This document shows, piece after piece, positions 26,124 through 39,839 of a stretch of 64,000 nt of DNA (its first letter is position 1; each line of letters starts with the position of its first letter). The DNA is from Octopus vulgaris. Its lineage: Eukaryota. The notes under the pieces were generated by a model. That model saw only the letters and a list, made by a program, of their open reading frames with translations, did no database searches and was not told where the DNA came from. Position numbers and translations under genes: made by a program. The stretch is taken from NCBI GenBank assembly GCA_951406725.2, contig OX597815.1:153760001-153824000 (forward strand), given 5' to 3'.

Positions 26124-27120
26124 AGTGTATTTTACCTTGTTAACAATTAACACGGAAAATAAATAAATAGTTACCAGGGCAGCAAAAATCTCACAAGTAA
26201 AGGTGTTGTAACTCCTTGTTTATAAAGGTAGAAACTTCGTGTTTACATTGAATATTTTTAATAATATGAATAAAAAAATGGAGTTAACGCAGGTGTAATC
26301 AAATATTTTTACTTTCGACACATGTTTCGAAAATTCCACTGATACTATTCAAAAGAATAAATGGTATAAACAATGCAATCTTCTCCTCAGGAAAGGGAAA
26401 AAAACGAAACTTGTCAATAAGACATTTTAGCAAAAAATGATGGATTTGTATAGCGATAGACAGAACGCTATTAATATTGTTTAAAAAAACGTTATATGAT
26501 ATAACAGAAAGAGTAGGGATATTAATAGTGAATGTTAAATATAAAGGAAATTAAAGTTTAAATTATATATAATGATAGCGACTACTTATATGCACTAAAT
26601 GTATGTTTTTGCCAATGCTTACATCTGTATACTCGCTCTATAACCGTGTTTACTAGAGTATTTTTAGAAAAAAATAATGAAAAATAGCTCAGAATTGCAG
26701 AGAAGACAGAATTTCTTGCCTTTGTCCTATGGTATCGAAATTGAGAGAATCAACCATTCTAAATGAAATTGTTCATTGTGGTCTTTTAAATTCCAAATCA
26801 GTTTGCTGAGACCGGTACTATTCCGTTTATTTCTATCCCTAAATGTTGAGTAATGGATAGAAACTCTTTTAGATAACTCTAACGATGTGCTTCCAATGTA
26901 AAATCGTACTTTATTACGAGTACTGATTATACACTGGTATATAGAATTTTTAATCTTAGAGTTACTTGACATAAACTTAATTCTATTGGAATTGACTTCA
27001 GATACAATAACCTTGTTATTAATATTTCTAGAGGGTTGGATGGTATTAGCTAAATTAATGTTAGTATTAGTAAATGTATTAATATTTAACAGTTTGTTAT
27101 TATGAGAAGAGATTTTTTGT
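26120..27120 (-). mobile_element. Penelope-like element 3' end: GIY-YIG fragment plus 3' region ending at (TA)n
   Basis: NSIYQC...FYIGST...NSTGLSKLIWNLK...CLLCNSE (about 26580-26972), followed downstream by a hammerhead at 26312-26395. Confidence 0.88.
26312..26395 (-). ncRNA. Type I hammerhead ribozyme in the Penelope 3' region
   Basis: ctttc-CTGAGGA-gaag...tttc-GAAA-catgtg-TC-gaaag. Stem I is a perfect 5 bp, the CUGANGA and GAAA core is intact and the cleavage site is GUC. Confidence 0.8.
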
Positions 27121-27159
27121 GTTTGAAATTATCTCAATGAATGTTCGTTCACTTTTTAA

Positions 27160-28693
27160 GGAAAAATTAGACAGATTTTAAACATAGAGCAATTTATTTA
27201 ATTATTGATGTAATTGCCATTTAGTTTCAGTATCTTCTGGGCAGATCCATTTATTCTCTGCCCACAGAATGCTCTGTCTTTATTGGCGAAGAACTCTTCC
27301 TGGTGAATTTTTACATCTTCTTCAGAGCTGAAGGCTTGTCCATTTAATGAATTTTGAAGATACCGAAACAAGTGAAAATCTGAAGGCGTAAAGTCGATGG
27401 TGCAAAACCTCCAAGCTAAGTTCAAGTAACTTCTGCTACTTCAGCAAAAAGTTTTCGGTCTGATATTGTCGACATGAAAGACAATGATTTTACGACTAGC
27501 AAGTTCTGAACGCTTGAGATGGACCGCTGCGTTTAATTTATTCGGCTGGTCACAGTGTGTATCCGAACTGATGATCCTGTTTGTGGGAAGGAATTCGTAA
27601 AAGACAATACCCTTGCAATCCCACCAAATTGAAAGCATAATCTTCTTTAGGTAAAATCCTGCCTTGCAGGCTGTTTATGGTGGTTCGCCACGCTTCCCTC
27701 TGAGTCGTTTATGCTTCACATTGTTATAGCCGATCCATTTTCCGTTCCCTGTCGGCATTCTCTTTAAAAAAAGGAGAAAAGGATCGCTTTCTACGTGCAT
27801 CGTAGATGGACATTCATTGGGCAGTGTTCTCATCGGACAACTGGAGTGGGACTGAAACATGGAGCTTATTGACGTAACCAAGTTGATGCAGATGGGTATT
27901 TGGAAAATTTCTGCAATAATCCTAGTCATATAATGGGGTTTAGCCTCAGCTAACTCGTTCACTCTGTCGCTGTTAATCTCAGTTGACCGACCAGAGAGGT
28001 GCATCTAAAGCGGAAAAGTCTCCCGATTGAAATCCGGAACACCCTTCTGACACACACGGTCCATAATAGCATCGTTTCTGTACATCGTAAAATAATTTTA
28101 AAAAAAAGCATGACGTGTCGATAATGTTCATTTTGGTTCTCCATTTTCAGGATGCTCTCAATCACACAAACTACAACCTGTCGTGTCGAACTACCTTAGT
28201 GTTGTTTCTAACGAGTACGAATGTGCAAAAGTAAGAAAAAAGGGGATCTTTTCGGTTTGAACGGCAGTTTTTTCTAGCGGTGTCATATGAAATTGTTACC
28301 CATAATTATAACCCTAGAATCGATCTATTGCATTTCAATCTCTTTTAGGGTTAGGGTTAGGGGTGGGGGGAAGGGTATCTTTTTTTCTTCACAAATGTAA
28401 ATAAACCCAATCTGTTTCTTAAATGAGGGACATATTCATACGGCACAGAATGCTTTTTTAACTCAATAGACGTATTTGATTGGTTGAAATTGCAGAAATT
28501 GAAGAAAAAAAACAACAAATATCTTACAAACTATAGAATTTTCTCAATAAAGCCAAGAGAAAAAAATGGCTTATAAACACATTCTACCAGTATACGAAGT
28601 TTAAAATTTTTTAATTACCTAGAAATTATGTTAAAAACTGCCATTCAAACCGAAAAGATCCCAAAAGGTAACGGTTTGTTTTGGCCAACCCAG
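27160..28693 (-). mobile_element. Degenerate mariner interrupted by a MITE
   Basis: MLSIWWD, VFHVDNIRP and PSDFHLF. A TIR-like end ttggccaacccag|ta lies at 28681-28695. Confidence 0.85.
28243..28662. mobile_element. 420-bp MITE with ~29-bp TIRs and an internal (TTAGGG)3
   Basis: gggatcttttcggtttgaacggcagtttt pairs with aaaactgccattcaaaccgaaaagatccc. The sequence aaaag lies immediately on both flanks. Confidence 0.88.
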
Positions 28694-30799
28694 TATGCAT
28701 AATGAAAGAGAGAGAGGGCGAAGGTAAAGAGGAAAGACAGTTAATATGTAAATAAAAGTGAAAGTCATATGTTGTTTTTCTCACTTAGGTGTTACGAGGG
28801 TTATTGGATGGAGAGTGGGCGGGGGCTGTTAGTTTCATATACTAATGTAAGGCAGCGAATTGACAAACATTAGAGTGTCAGAAAGAAATGTGTTACAGTG
28901 CTTGTCTTGGTTCTCTGCACTCTATGTTCAGATCCCACTGAAGTCGACTTGTCTTCTACAAGGTCGATAAAGTACATATTCAGGACGTTTTTAAAGCCAC
29001 AGATGAAGGGGTTTGTAGTAATTTTTTCTAGTTTCTTGCGTTATGAGTTCAAATTCCTGACAATTATCATTGTAATCTGATGGAAGATATGGTACTTTGA
29101 ATTAGCTTATGATATATTCGTCATTACATTGTGAACTGGGGACTTGGGAGTTAAATAACAACAACTACACACATAGAGAAAATAAAATGTCATTAAAATT
29201 TATTTCTTTCAATTTTTTTTTTTATTATGTGAAATATTTCATTATTTAATTATTTTTGACAATACATTGAATTTTTTTTACTAAAAGAAAAGTAAAATTC
29301 TTTTGGGAATGATGTGATATAATCAACTTCATTTGTCCCAGAGAATTAATAAAACGTAAAAAAAAAGTAAAGTTTATTTTAACATGATTTGAACACAGAA
29401 TGTAAAGTGATGAATCTAAAAAAATAGTAATTAAAGCAGATTCCATCTCAAAATTTTCATAAATACATATTTAAAAATAATTAAAGAGCAAATATCTTTT
29501 CCAGCATAATGTTTTTTAAAAGAATATAAATCATCAAAATTTACATAGAAATTATCATATCATTTATACATCATTTCAATCTTCATAGTAATTATCACAT
29601 TATCATATATCATTATCAAAATTGTTATTATTTTCAGCAGTATGATAAACTGTTCTTTATATCTAACAGTCAAGAACATTTCAAGTTGAATACGTAGTAA
29701 AAGTCACCAACAGATATTCAACAAGTGAACCATAGGCTCAAATCAAGCATCATAATTTCCAAAACCTATAATTTTACAACTCTGGAAGCAGCTCATAACT
29801 CTGTTTTCTATTTCTGAATATAAATGAAATATAAATGAAAATATATTGCTGATAGGTGGAGTTTTTAATCTGACTTCCATTTTCAGCTAAAACTGTTTTA
29901 CTTCATTTATATCTCTAATGTTATTTATTAGGAATTGTATGAATGCTGCTACAGCCTGTTTATTGAAACAAAAAGGTAGCATTAATCACCTTATTGATTA
30001 ATGAAAGTGTATTAACTGAATCAGTATATATTATACACGTGGTGTAAATATAAGTATTGATCAGATTATTTACCAAACTGTTTTAACATTTTTATACATA
30101 TAATTTATACTGAGATTTCATTGGTTGAATGAATCCAAATTTTAAGTTATAAAAAAGATTTTTATATGTATTTGTATGGGAATTAAAATCAGATGTCTTT
30201 ACAAATTTGGAAATCTGAATTGATTGCTTATGAGATGGACAAATACTCAGTTATGGAATAAAAGATAATAGAGCCTATATTTCAGCTGGGATAATCATAA
30301 ATCAGGAATGAGAAAGCGATATGTTTTGTTTTTGTTCTTGATGACAACTGTATGTTGAAATGTATTTTCAGGAGGGTCAGTATACCAATAATAAACACAC
30401 TGGTTCTATTTTATTCTTCTATTATTATTAGTCAACTGGCTAACCATTTAACCAATTAATTAATCAATAATTTAATTAAACATTCTGTTAACCAATCAAT
30501 CAATCGGCAAGGTCTGTTGAAGTCTTTTTGGTACCATTTGTAGCCCATCAATGACAAACCCCCACTGCTCCAGATCTAGGAATGTCATTGATGAGGTTGC
30601 AAATGGTGATGAAAGGACTTTGACAAACCTAACTAACATTAGTTAATTGGCTAAATAGTTAACTAATTGACAAATAATGATCCTCCCAAGATATCACACA
30701 CAAAATGAAAGTAATATGCATAGTACAAGTAATGATTAAGTTTGAACTTGTGATAGGTGTTGTCAATCTAGCATCAAAAACATACAGCCAACAGCATAT

Positions 30800-31077
30800 T
30801 TAAAAAAATTGGAACATCCAGTTTAAAATGAAGACCAAACCAAGGAAACAAAATGCCTTCAATAACATCTGTGTCATTCCACCACTCTGTGTCATTCCAC
30901 CACTCTCAGTATGTACAGACTTTTGTGAAATTGCTGTTAGGGTTCTGTCCCAAATTCCATAGAGAGCTTCCTTTGCTCCATCCCATTTTCCAGGACCCAC
31001 CAGTCGATACTGGTATGGGGTGTAAGATTGAAATATGCAATATAGAGCTAAAGAAGGGTCATAAAACAGCATTTTTT
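30800..31077 (-). CDS. FMO terminal coding exon 5 with hydrophobic C-terminal membrane anchor
   Basis: Acceptor ttttcag|AA matches phase 1. Encodes PYQYRLVGPGKWDGAKEA and a hydrophobic tail, ending at TAA. Exon lengths 333+300+552+166+278 = 1629 nt = 542 aa plus stop. Confidence 0.93.
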
Positions 31078-31135
31078 CTGAAAAGAAAATATAAATAGAA
31101 AGATTATTTTTTTTACAATTAAATTCTTTTATTTA

Positions 31136-32038
31136 CAAGGTGGTATCAAAATGTTTGTGGACTAGTTCTATAGCTAGCCAACAGATGATAGCACAGGGTT
31201 GCATGTGCAGTGAGAGCTAACAGTGATCTTTAGAGGCAGTGTACTGAGTAACATCATTGTGTGTACCTTGCAAGTCGTGCAATTTGTGTTTTTGTGATCA
31301 TGTGTATGCTAGAATCTGTGATTTTGCCATGGACAGGAACAAAGAGCCAACATGAAATTTTGTGTTAAACTTGGGAAGTCTGCTACAAAGACATTGAGCA
31401 TGCTTCAGCAAGCTTACAGTGACAAAGCAATGGGTTGTATGCACTGTTTTGAGTGGCATCGACACTTCAAGAATGTCCCTGAAAGATAATGAGAGATCTG
31501 GAAGACCTGCCACGAGTGTCACCCCTGGAATTGGGGTATTGTGCATTGAGAATTCATCACCCCAGGGTCAGACCATCATTTGAGAGTTCTAGTATGATGT
31601 TTTGAAGCATTTGAAGAAGGATATTCAATGAATCTGTGGAGCATTGACAATTGGATTCTTCATGATGATAATGCACTCTGTCAAAGAGCTCCACTCACTC
31701 ATGAGTTTCTTGCCAAACACAACATGGTATTACTTCTGCACCTGCCCTAGTCATCAGATTTAGTACCTGCAGGCTTCTGTCTCTTCCCTAAAATGAAAAT
31801 GCAGCTCAAAGGTTGCCATTTTAACACTGTTGTTGAGATCCAGAGTGAATCACAGAAGGTCCTCAACTTGCATATGGAAAATGACTTCCAAGCTAGATTC
31901 CAAAAGTGGCAGGAACACTGGGACCAGTGTATTGCTGTGCAAGGTGACTATTTCGAAAGAGATAATGCTAAAACTAAGGTAAATACGTTATTCTTTTATG
32001 AAACATAACTTGTCCAGGAACCGTTTGATACTGCTTCG
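31136..32038 (+). mobile_element. Degenerate, internally deleted mariner in FMO intron 4
   Basis: TIR-like ends ta|caaggtggtatcaaaa and tttgatactgcttcg|ta. Transposase remnants include QRANMKFCVKLGKS, ILHDDNA and LFPKMKMQLKG. Confidence 0.82.
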
Positions 32039-33024
32039 TACCTCAGCCACATTCATGACAACTCTTTGTAGATGAGAAAATATTAATATTTTATTTTAAT
32101 AATTCAATTTGAAGCACAGGCACGGATGAAAGATGCAGGCATGTCTATAAGGCACAGGCATAGCTGTGTGGTTAAGATGCTTGCTTCTCAAACATGTAGT
32201 TTCAGGTTCAGTCTCACTGAATCATACCTTGGTAAGTGTCTTTTACTATAGCCCTGGGCCAACCAAAGCCTCATGAGTGGTTTTGGTAGACAGAAGTTGA
32301 AAGAAACCTGTCAAATATGTGTGTATGTTTGTGTGCATGTGTATGTGTATATATATATGTGTGTGTGTGTGTGTTTGGTCTTAACATCATGCAATAGCTG
32401 TAAATGATAGTTTTGTTTGTTTACGGATATTGCATGATGGTTAAGGCAAGGTGTTTCACAAGTGGTGTCCTTCATTTCCAATCTTCCATTGAAAACATGT
32501 CTGGCTATGGGGAAATATTACTTTGCTCAGAAACAGGTCAGCGGTGGCAACAGGAAAGGCATCTTACTGGAGGAAACCTGCCTCAACAAAATTGCATGTG
32601 AACCACTTGAGCATGGAAAAGTGAATCTTAAAATGATAACAATGATAATAAGAAGCAGCGGAGGCAAGACTGGGTCCATCATTTATCTAAACCCTCTTAA
32701 ACTGATGGATAAGAACATATGGATAGAATTAATGCATTCAATGTTCAGTTTGAGTTTTTTTTTTTTTTAAAACATCATGGGTTGAGGTGGGAAACATGTT
32801 TAGAAAGGTAATATTCTGGGAAGGAAAGATTGATCAAAGTAATTAGTGCATTGGGTGATAAATAATTACATGGATCTTAGATATATCATTGATTTTTATT
32901 TTATCAAGCACTGAAAGATGAAAATCAAAGTTACCCTTCTGAATTCTAACTCTCAAGTGGGATTTGAACTTAGAACATAGAGATGAAGTTAAATACTGCA
33001 ATTCTCTCATTATCTATCTTTTAT

Positions 33025-33600
33025 TGTGACACCCTTAAAAATAATACCATTTTAGTGCAATAATACAATTTATGACACGAGCTATTATTGCTGGTGAAAT
33101 AAAGCTAAATACTGTAACTCTCTTCTTACATATTGTATTTGATAGCATAAAAGGTGCAGAAGCATATTAGATACACTGCAATCTCAGCAGCACACATTCA
33201 AGAAAAATGAGTGTTTCAGGGACAAAAATAGCTTACGGGATGCCCAACTTTATATATAGGACCCAATGAATTTTTGAAAACAGTGTGTGTTATATGCCAT
33301 CAATTACAGTATCTGCCATCCTTAACAATAATACTATTTTAGTAGAATAATACAAACTGTGACTTAAGTTATTATTGTTGGTGAGATGAAACTAAATACT
33401 GTAACTCATGTATTATGTTATATTATAAAACACCCTAAAAAATACCATGTTAGTAAAATAATACAATTTATGACTCAAGTTATTATTGCCAGTGAGGTGA
33501 AACTAAATACAGTAATCCATTTATTATGTTATGTCATATGACACCTTTAAAAATATTACAATTTGTGACTCAAGTTATTATCACCAGTGAAGTTGATAGA
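33025..33600. repeat. Degenerate minisatellite (about 4 copies of a ~90-110 bp unit)
   Basis: Variants of aataatac...aatttatgactcaagttattattgc..gtga recur near 33040, 33330, 33440 and 33550. Confidence 0.7.
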
Positions 33601-36257
33601 AATAAAAATAGTAACTTCTGAGTGCCTCTGATCATTGGTCAGAGTCTGGTTTTTGACAGATCTAAACAGCAACCCACCATGCTAATGCTATACTCATTTT
33701 TGAAGAATACTAGAATGCTTTGTTAAGATATCCACTGGATGGAACATAATTAATACATTATTAAATGTATTCAGCAAGAATGTATAAATGGAGCTAATGC
33801 CACATGCATTTGCTCATCACTTATCATCATACATATGTTATGTAACTTTTCTATAGACAAGACAAATGAAACAAATAAGTTCATTGTATATTTGCTTTGC
33901 AGTAATATTGATATATGCTAATGTTCTGGACTGCAAGTGGGAGAGTGCCAGGTGTTGATAATTGGTGTTATGGTCTTGTTATCAACACTCTTCAATATCT
34001 ACCCAAAATTCAACTCTAGATTCAACAACCATTGCTTAACTATTTTATTTATGAGCCAATTGCATGGTACCTCTTTACAAGAGGTGGCAAAGTGCCACTG
34101 TTGTCATCCTCCATCATCACCCCAACTACACCCCCCCCAATCAACACCATGTCACCACCATGCCACCACCACCACCACCACCACCACCACCATGACACCC
34201 CCTTCCACCATCACCAATGCTACTGCAACCACCAGTGTTGTCTTCATCATTATAGTTTTTCATTATCATCATCCACCTTTCCACGTGTCAGACAACATTT
34301 ATTTATTTCTACAGTAGGATGCTCTTCCTGTTGCTGACCCTCACCTGTTTCCAAGCAGTGTGTAACATTTTCCTCTAGGCTGGATGTATTTCCAAGGAAG
34401 ATTGCAGACAAACAACACTTTGTATTCCAGTGTTGTGTGTTTACAATTAGTATATAATGTCAAGACAAGGAAACACACACACACACACATTACACTCACG
34501 GAGTGGTTGGCGTTAGGAAGGGTATCCAGCTGTAGAAACACTGCCAGATCAGACGGGGGCCTGGTGCAGCTTCCTGGCTTCCCAGACCCCGGTCGAACCA
34601 TCCAACCCGTGCTAGCACGGAAAACGGACATTAAACGATGATGATGATGATGATATGCACATGAGATTTCTTTTTGGTTCCCATTTACCGTATTCACTCA
34701 TGAAGCTCAATGGACCTCTCACTGGGACCAAACTTATTTTAACCATATTTCATCCGCATTCAAATTTTAAAATTACCTGCAGATGAAATCTTTAAAATTT
34801 CCATAGGCAAAAATTTGACCAAAAGTATTTGAATATCAAATTGCATACCAATGAATTTATTCAATTAAATATTCAATAATATTCTCTGCACAGATGCAGC
34901 ACCATAAAAAGTCCTTACACACTTAAAATTCACTATAAAACCTAAAAGGTTTTCCCACCTCTGCTCTACCTGTTATAGACAGCAACAAAATCTTTAAATG
35001 TATTTCACTATAGCAAGAATCCTGTTCTGTTCAGGTCTCTTCTTTTAACTTCTCATCTCTATTATAAAACAGCTACCACTCTCCTGAAGACCTACTCAGT
35101 TGATGGGGAGCTTAGTCTTGCAAGCTGTATGGAAACCTCATTTGTGCTGGGCCCACAGGAAAAAAAAAGTATTCAGTAGACTCTTTAAAATGGTTAGCAT
35201 TTAGAAGAGCAGCCAACAATAGAACCCATGTCAAAGCAGGCATTGGAGCAAGATGCAGTCCTTAGAGTCATTGTATTTTGTCAAACTGTCCAACCAATGC
35301 CAGCAAGGAAGATGAACATCAAATGATATTGATGAAGATGATGTCTTAAAAATAGAAAGGACACATCCAACAATGTAGTCGTAGATAGCTCTAAAATTAT
35401 GATATTGTCGAAGCTAGAATACTTTTGAACATAGGTCTCTTAAATCAGAATTGACTTGGGGTTAAGCAAAGCAACAAGAATATTATTTCATCAACTCTTA
35501 TTTAAAAAACGTTTAACAAGACTTAATAGCTTCTTCATTTAGCTATTTTCCAGAAACCTGAGATTTAACATAATTAGCCAAGTAGGAATGATTTAATTAA
35601 GTAAGCAAAGAGAGAAATAAGATATTAAGCAGAAATGGTTAATGTGGAAATTAACTAGAATTAATCCCCTTCATTCTAAGCATTAACAATTTCATTCGAT
35701 TTTTTCCTTTTATCTTCCTTTTATCATGTGATAATAATTACCAGTGATATGAAGAAATTGATTCAGTTGACTATATGATTTTTTTCTATGAGCATTAGGC
35801 TTTATGTCTTTAACAAAAGAAATCAATGTATTTAACTAGAAATAGAGATAAAATGAGATATCACACAATACAGTGAATAGCTAAATATTGAAAGCCATTA
35901 CAAGAATGCATTTACAGCTCTTTAGCTTAGCAAATTAGTTTATTCCAAAGTAATTCAGTAATTGATTAAGTAATTTGATCAAATTTTAAGGAAAACAGAC
36001 AGCACATGTCTTTGAAATATAGTTCAAAGGATAAAAAGTTATCTTAGACAGAATTAAATATTGTTTGATTGAACAGGTCAGCTAACCATGTACCACATGA
36101 AGAAGAGAATGTGAAAATGGTAAAAATGCTATATAGCTGCTTGTTCTTGTTTTAACATAGTAGTATGATGTCAAAATAAACAACATTGGACATGATGCTA
36201 ATGATAAAACTACAAACCACAATAATAATAATAATAATAATAATAATGATAATAATA

Positions 36258-36676
36258 AAGATCAGTAAATATAAAGACTTGCTAATAGAAATTGAAAAAA
36301 AGATCAGTAAATATAAAGACTTGCTAATAGAAATTGAAAAAATGTGGCATCTCAAGGCAACTACAGTACCAGTGATTGTAGGATCTCTAGGAATGATAAA
36401 AAAAGTACTGAAACCTATTTGAAAATGATACCAGTCTTACCATCCCTACAGGAAGTGCAAAAAATCGTGTTAACTGGAATGGCTCATGTACTAGAAGAGC
36501 ATTATCGCTGTGAAAACAACATCCATTCATGAATTTATTTATTTATTAATTTTTTAAATACATATTTTATCTGTGAATTTGCGTGTGTAATCTGGGAATG
36601 CATACAATGAGCTTCTCTGCCTTAGGTGTACGGAAAACACTCAGCGAGAAATGGAAGAAAATTTGAAGAAAAAAGG
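36258..36676 (+). mobile_element. 3' fragment of an R4/Dong-like RLE non-LTR retrotransposon within (TAA)n
   Basis: KISKYKDLLIEIEKMWHLKATTVPVIVGSLG...LQEVQKIVLTG matches the RLE C-terminal pattern. (TAA)n flanks both sides, and there is a 42-bp tandem duplication at the 5' end. Confidence 0.78.
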
Positions 36677-36896
36677 AATAATAATAATAATAATAATGAT
36701 AATAATAATAATAATTTCAAATTTTGTCACAAGGGCAGCCATTTTGGGGGAGGGAATAAGTCGATTACATCAACCCCCAGTATTTCACAGAAAAGAAAAA
36801 TGGAATAAAAGACATCATTCAAACAAACAAAAACAAGTTTTAGAATGAAATTTTTTTCAAGCTGATATGAAAGTATAAAGTGGTAATGATACTTAC

Positions 36897-37062
36897 TAAA
36901 ATTAGGCTTGCAACCATTCATTTCAGCAAGTTCATCCATGTAATCAATAATATCTACTTGGATTGTATGCCTTTCACTTTTTACATAGCGCTTTCGTACT
37001 TCAATTTCCTTTTCTCTAATATCTTTCCACATATCTGCAGCAGGTGGTAGAATCACATCACC
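36897..37062 (-). CDS. FMO coding exon 4 (166 nt)
   Basis: Acceptor aaatttcag|GGT and donor TTTA|GTAAGT (phase 1). Encodes GDVILPP...RHTIQVDIIDYMDELAEMNGCKPNF. Confidence 0.93.
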
Positions 37063-37329
37063 CTGAAATTTATCATAGTTCTGTTTAAACATTGGTATCA
37101 TATACAATATCAGATGTCTACTTATTGTAGCTATCAATGTCTTATAGGGACATATACACATAAACTCATTAAATATATACAATTTTCTTCTCTCGTATAT
37201 GTTTAAAAATGTCTTTTAGAAAGACAAGAGTATCATAACTGAAAATCAACTATTTCCTCTACAAATATGATGTATGTTAGAATCAAGTACCTAAAAGAGA
37301 AATGGTTTGTAAAATGTACTATTATTACT

Positions 37330-37544
37330 ATTGTAGCTGCAAGCTGACATATTGTTAGCAAGCTAGACAAAATGCTTAATGGCTTTTCGCCCAACTTTTA
37401 TGTTCTGAGCTCAAATTCTGCTGACACTTACTTTGCCTTTCATCCTTTTGGGGTTGATAAAATAAGTACCAGTTGAGCACTTGGGTTGGTGTAATCAACC
37501 AGCCAAAATTTTAGGCCTTGTGCTTATAATAAAAAGGATTATTA

Positions 37545-37602
<58 letters not shown>

Positions 37603-38003
37603 GGTTGCGAGCTGGCAGAAATGTTAGCACACTGGGCGAAATGCTTAGCGGTATTTCGTCTGCCGCTATGTTCTGAGTTCAAATTCCACTTTGCCTTTCA
37701 TCCTCGATTAAATTAGTACCAGTTACGCACTGGGATCGATATAATTGTTTGTCTGTCCTTGTTTGTCCTCTCTGTGTTTAGCCCCTTGTGGGTAGTAAAG
37801 AAATAGGTATTTCACCTTAGTGGTATTGTTATGTTCTTAGTTCAAATTCCACTGAGGTCGACTTTGCCTTTCATCCTTTCAGAGTTGATAAATTAAGTAC
37901 CAGTTAAACATTGGGAGTTGATGTAACTGACTTATCCCTTCCCTCAAAATGGCTGCCTTTGTGGTTAAATTTGAAAACATTGCTATTATTATTATTATTA
38001 TTA

Positions 38004-38076
<73 letters not shown>

Positions 38077-38288
38077 GGTGGTGAGCTGGCAGAATCCTTA
38101 ACTTGCTGGATAAAATGCTTAGTGGTATTTTGTCTGCCGCTACATTCTGAGTTCAAATTCCACGAAGATTGACTTTGCCTTTCATCTTTTCGGGGTCGAT
38201 ACAATGAGTACCAGTGAAATACTGAGGGTTGATGTAATCAACTTATCCCCTCCCCCAAAATGGCTGCTCTTGTGGCAAAATTTGAAAC

Positions 38289-38333
<45 letters not shown>

Positions 38334-38800
38334 CATTATTATTACTATTATTTTTGAGGTGGTGAGCTGGCAGAATCCTTAGCATACTGGATGAAATGCT
38401 TAGCAGTATTTTGTCTGCTGCCAAGTTCTGAGTTCAAATTCCACTGAGGCCGACTTTGCCTTTCATCCTTTCAGGGTCAATGAAATGAGTACTAGTTGAG
38501 TACTGGGGCTGATGTAATCCACTTAACCCCTCCCCCAAAATTTCAAGCCTTGTACCTATAGTAGAAAGGATTATTATTATTATTATTATTATTACTATTA
38601 TCATTATTTGGTTGGATAGTCAGAATTGTCAGAAAAAATGCCTTGCAGCATTTATTCTGTTTCTTTCTGCTCTGGGTTCAAATCCTGCTGAAGTCAATTT
38701 TGCCTATCATCTTTTCAGTAAAGTGTCAGTCAAGTACCGGGGTCAACGGTACTGACTAGTCCTCTCCCTTCAAAAATTGCTGGCCTTGTGCCTGTATCAG
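37330..38800 (+). mobile_element. Tandem cluster of SINE copies separated by (ATT)n
   Basis: Repeated gagctggcagaa...ttctgagttcaaattcc...gactttgcctttcatcc...aagtaccagt units. Confidence 0.85.
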
Positions 38801-39252
38801 AAAGCACTCTTTTGTTATATTTCTGTTGAGATGCTCTGTGTTTCTTTCAATTAATTTCAAGTATAACAAAGAATTTAGTAAAATAACTTAGTTATCATTT
38901 AACTAGTGTTAGGAACATAAACTGAGACTAAGTTTTGGTGGAAAATTTTAATTCAGAACTTCTGAAAACAAGTACTACAGAGCCAGAGGTGGTTTCAGGC
39001 ATGTTAGTATCAAAAGGGTTAAATGTGGCAAACTGGCTGGAACAGTACAGTGCCAGAAGAATGTTTTGTGGTATTTGTTCTAATTCTTTACTTCTGAATT
39101 CAAATCTTCCAGAAGTACCAGCTAAATACTAGGGTCATTAGAATTTACAACTCCTCTCCACTCAAAATTGCTAACCTCATGTCTAAATTAGAAGCCATTA
39201 TCTTAATTATTGTTATTTTCTTATAAATATTATATGCTTTACTAGTTAGCAG

Positions 39253-39805
39253 CAATGCTGGATTAACCATTAACCTGCTTAGGGTATCAAGTGAAAGGGG
39301 GCACCACAGAAATGGTAAATGGTTTACAATAAAAAAGAAATCACTTTAAACTCACTACAATAATATTCCAAATGATTTACACGATTAGAAATATGATTTC
39401 GAAGTGCTTATGGTGTCATAGTCACGTATAAAATTGAGCAATCATAAACAAGATGGGTGGAGTTTATGACTTATTCACATGTTGTTGGGTATTATTTACC
39501 AATCAATTTTATGTGTTGGTGAAAGGTGTTTGCACGAGTTGTTTATTTCTCAGCAAATTTATGGTGTTAACACAATATTTTACAGAATGAAAATGCCAGA
39601 TTGTGATACAGAGAATTCTGTCTGTCTATCTGTCTGTCTCAACACCCACCCACCCACACACACATATACACTATTTATCAAAATCCCTGTATATATATAT
39701 ATATATATATGGTAAAATTGCCTACAGTGCACATTTTGAAATCTTCTACAACCTAAACTATTTTCAAAGGTAGAATACAAAACAAGCACCATAGTTAATT
39801 AAATT

Positions 39806-39839
<34 letters not shown>

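Noticed and set aside
28344-28369. True telomere or chromosome-fusion site
   Set aside because: Only three TTAGGG units, and they lie inside a TIR-bounded element.
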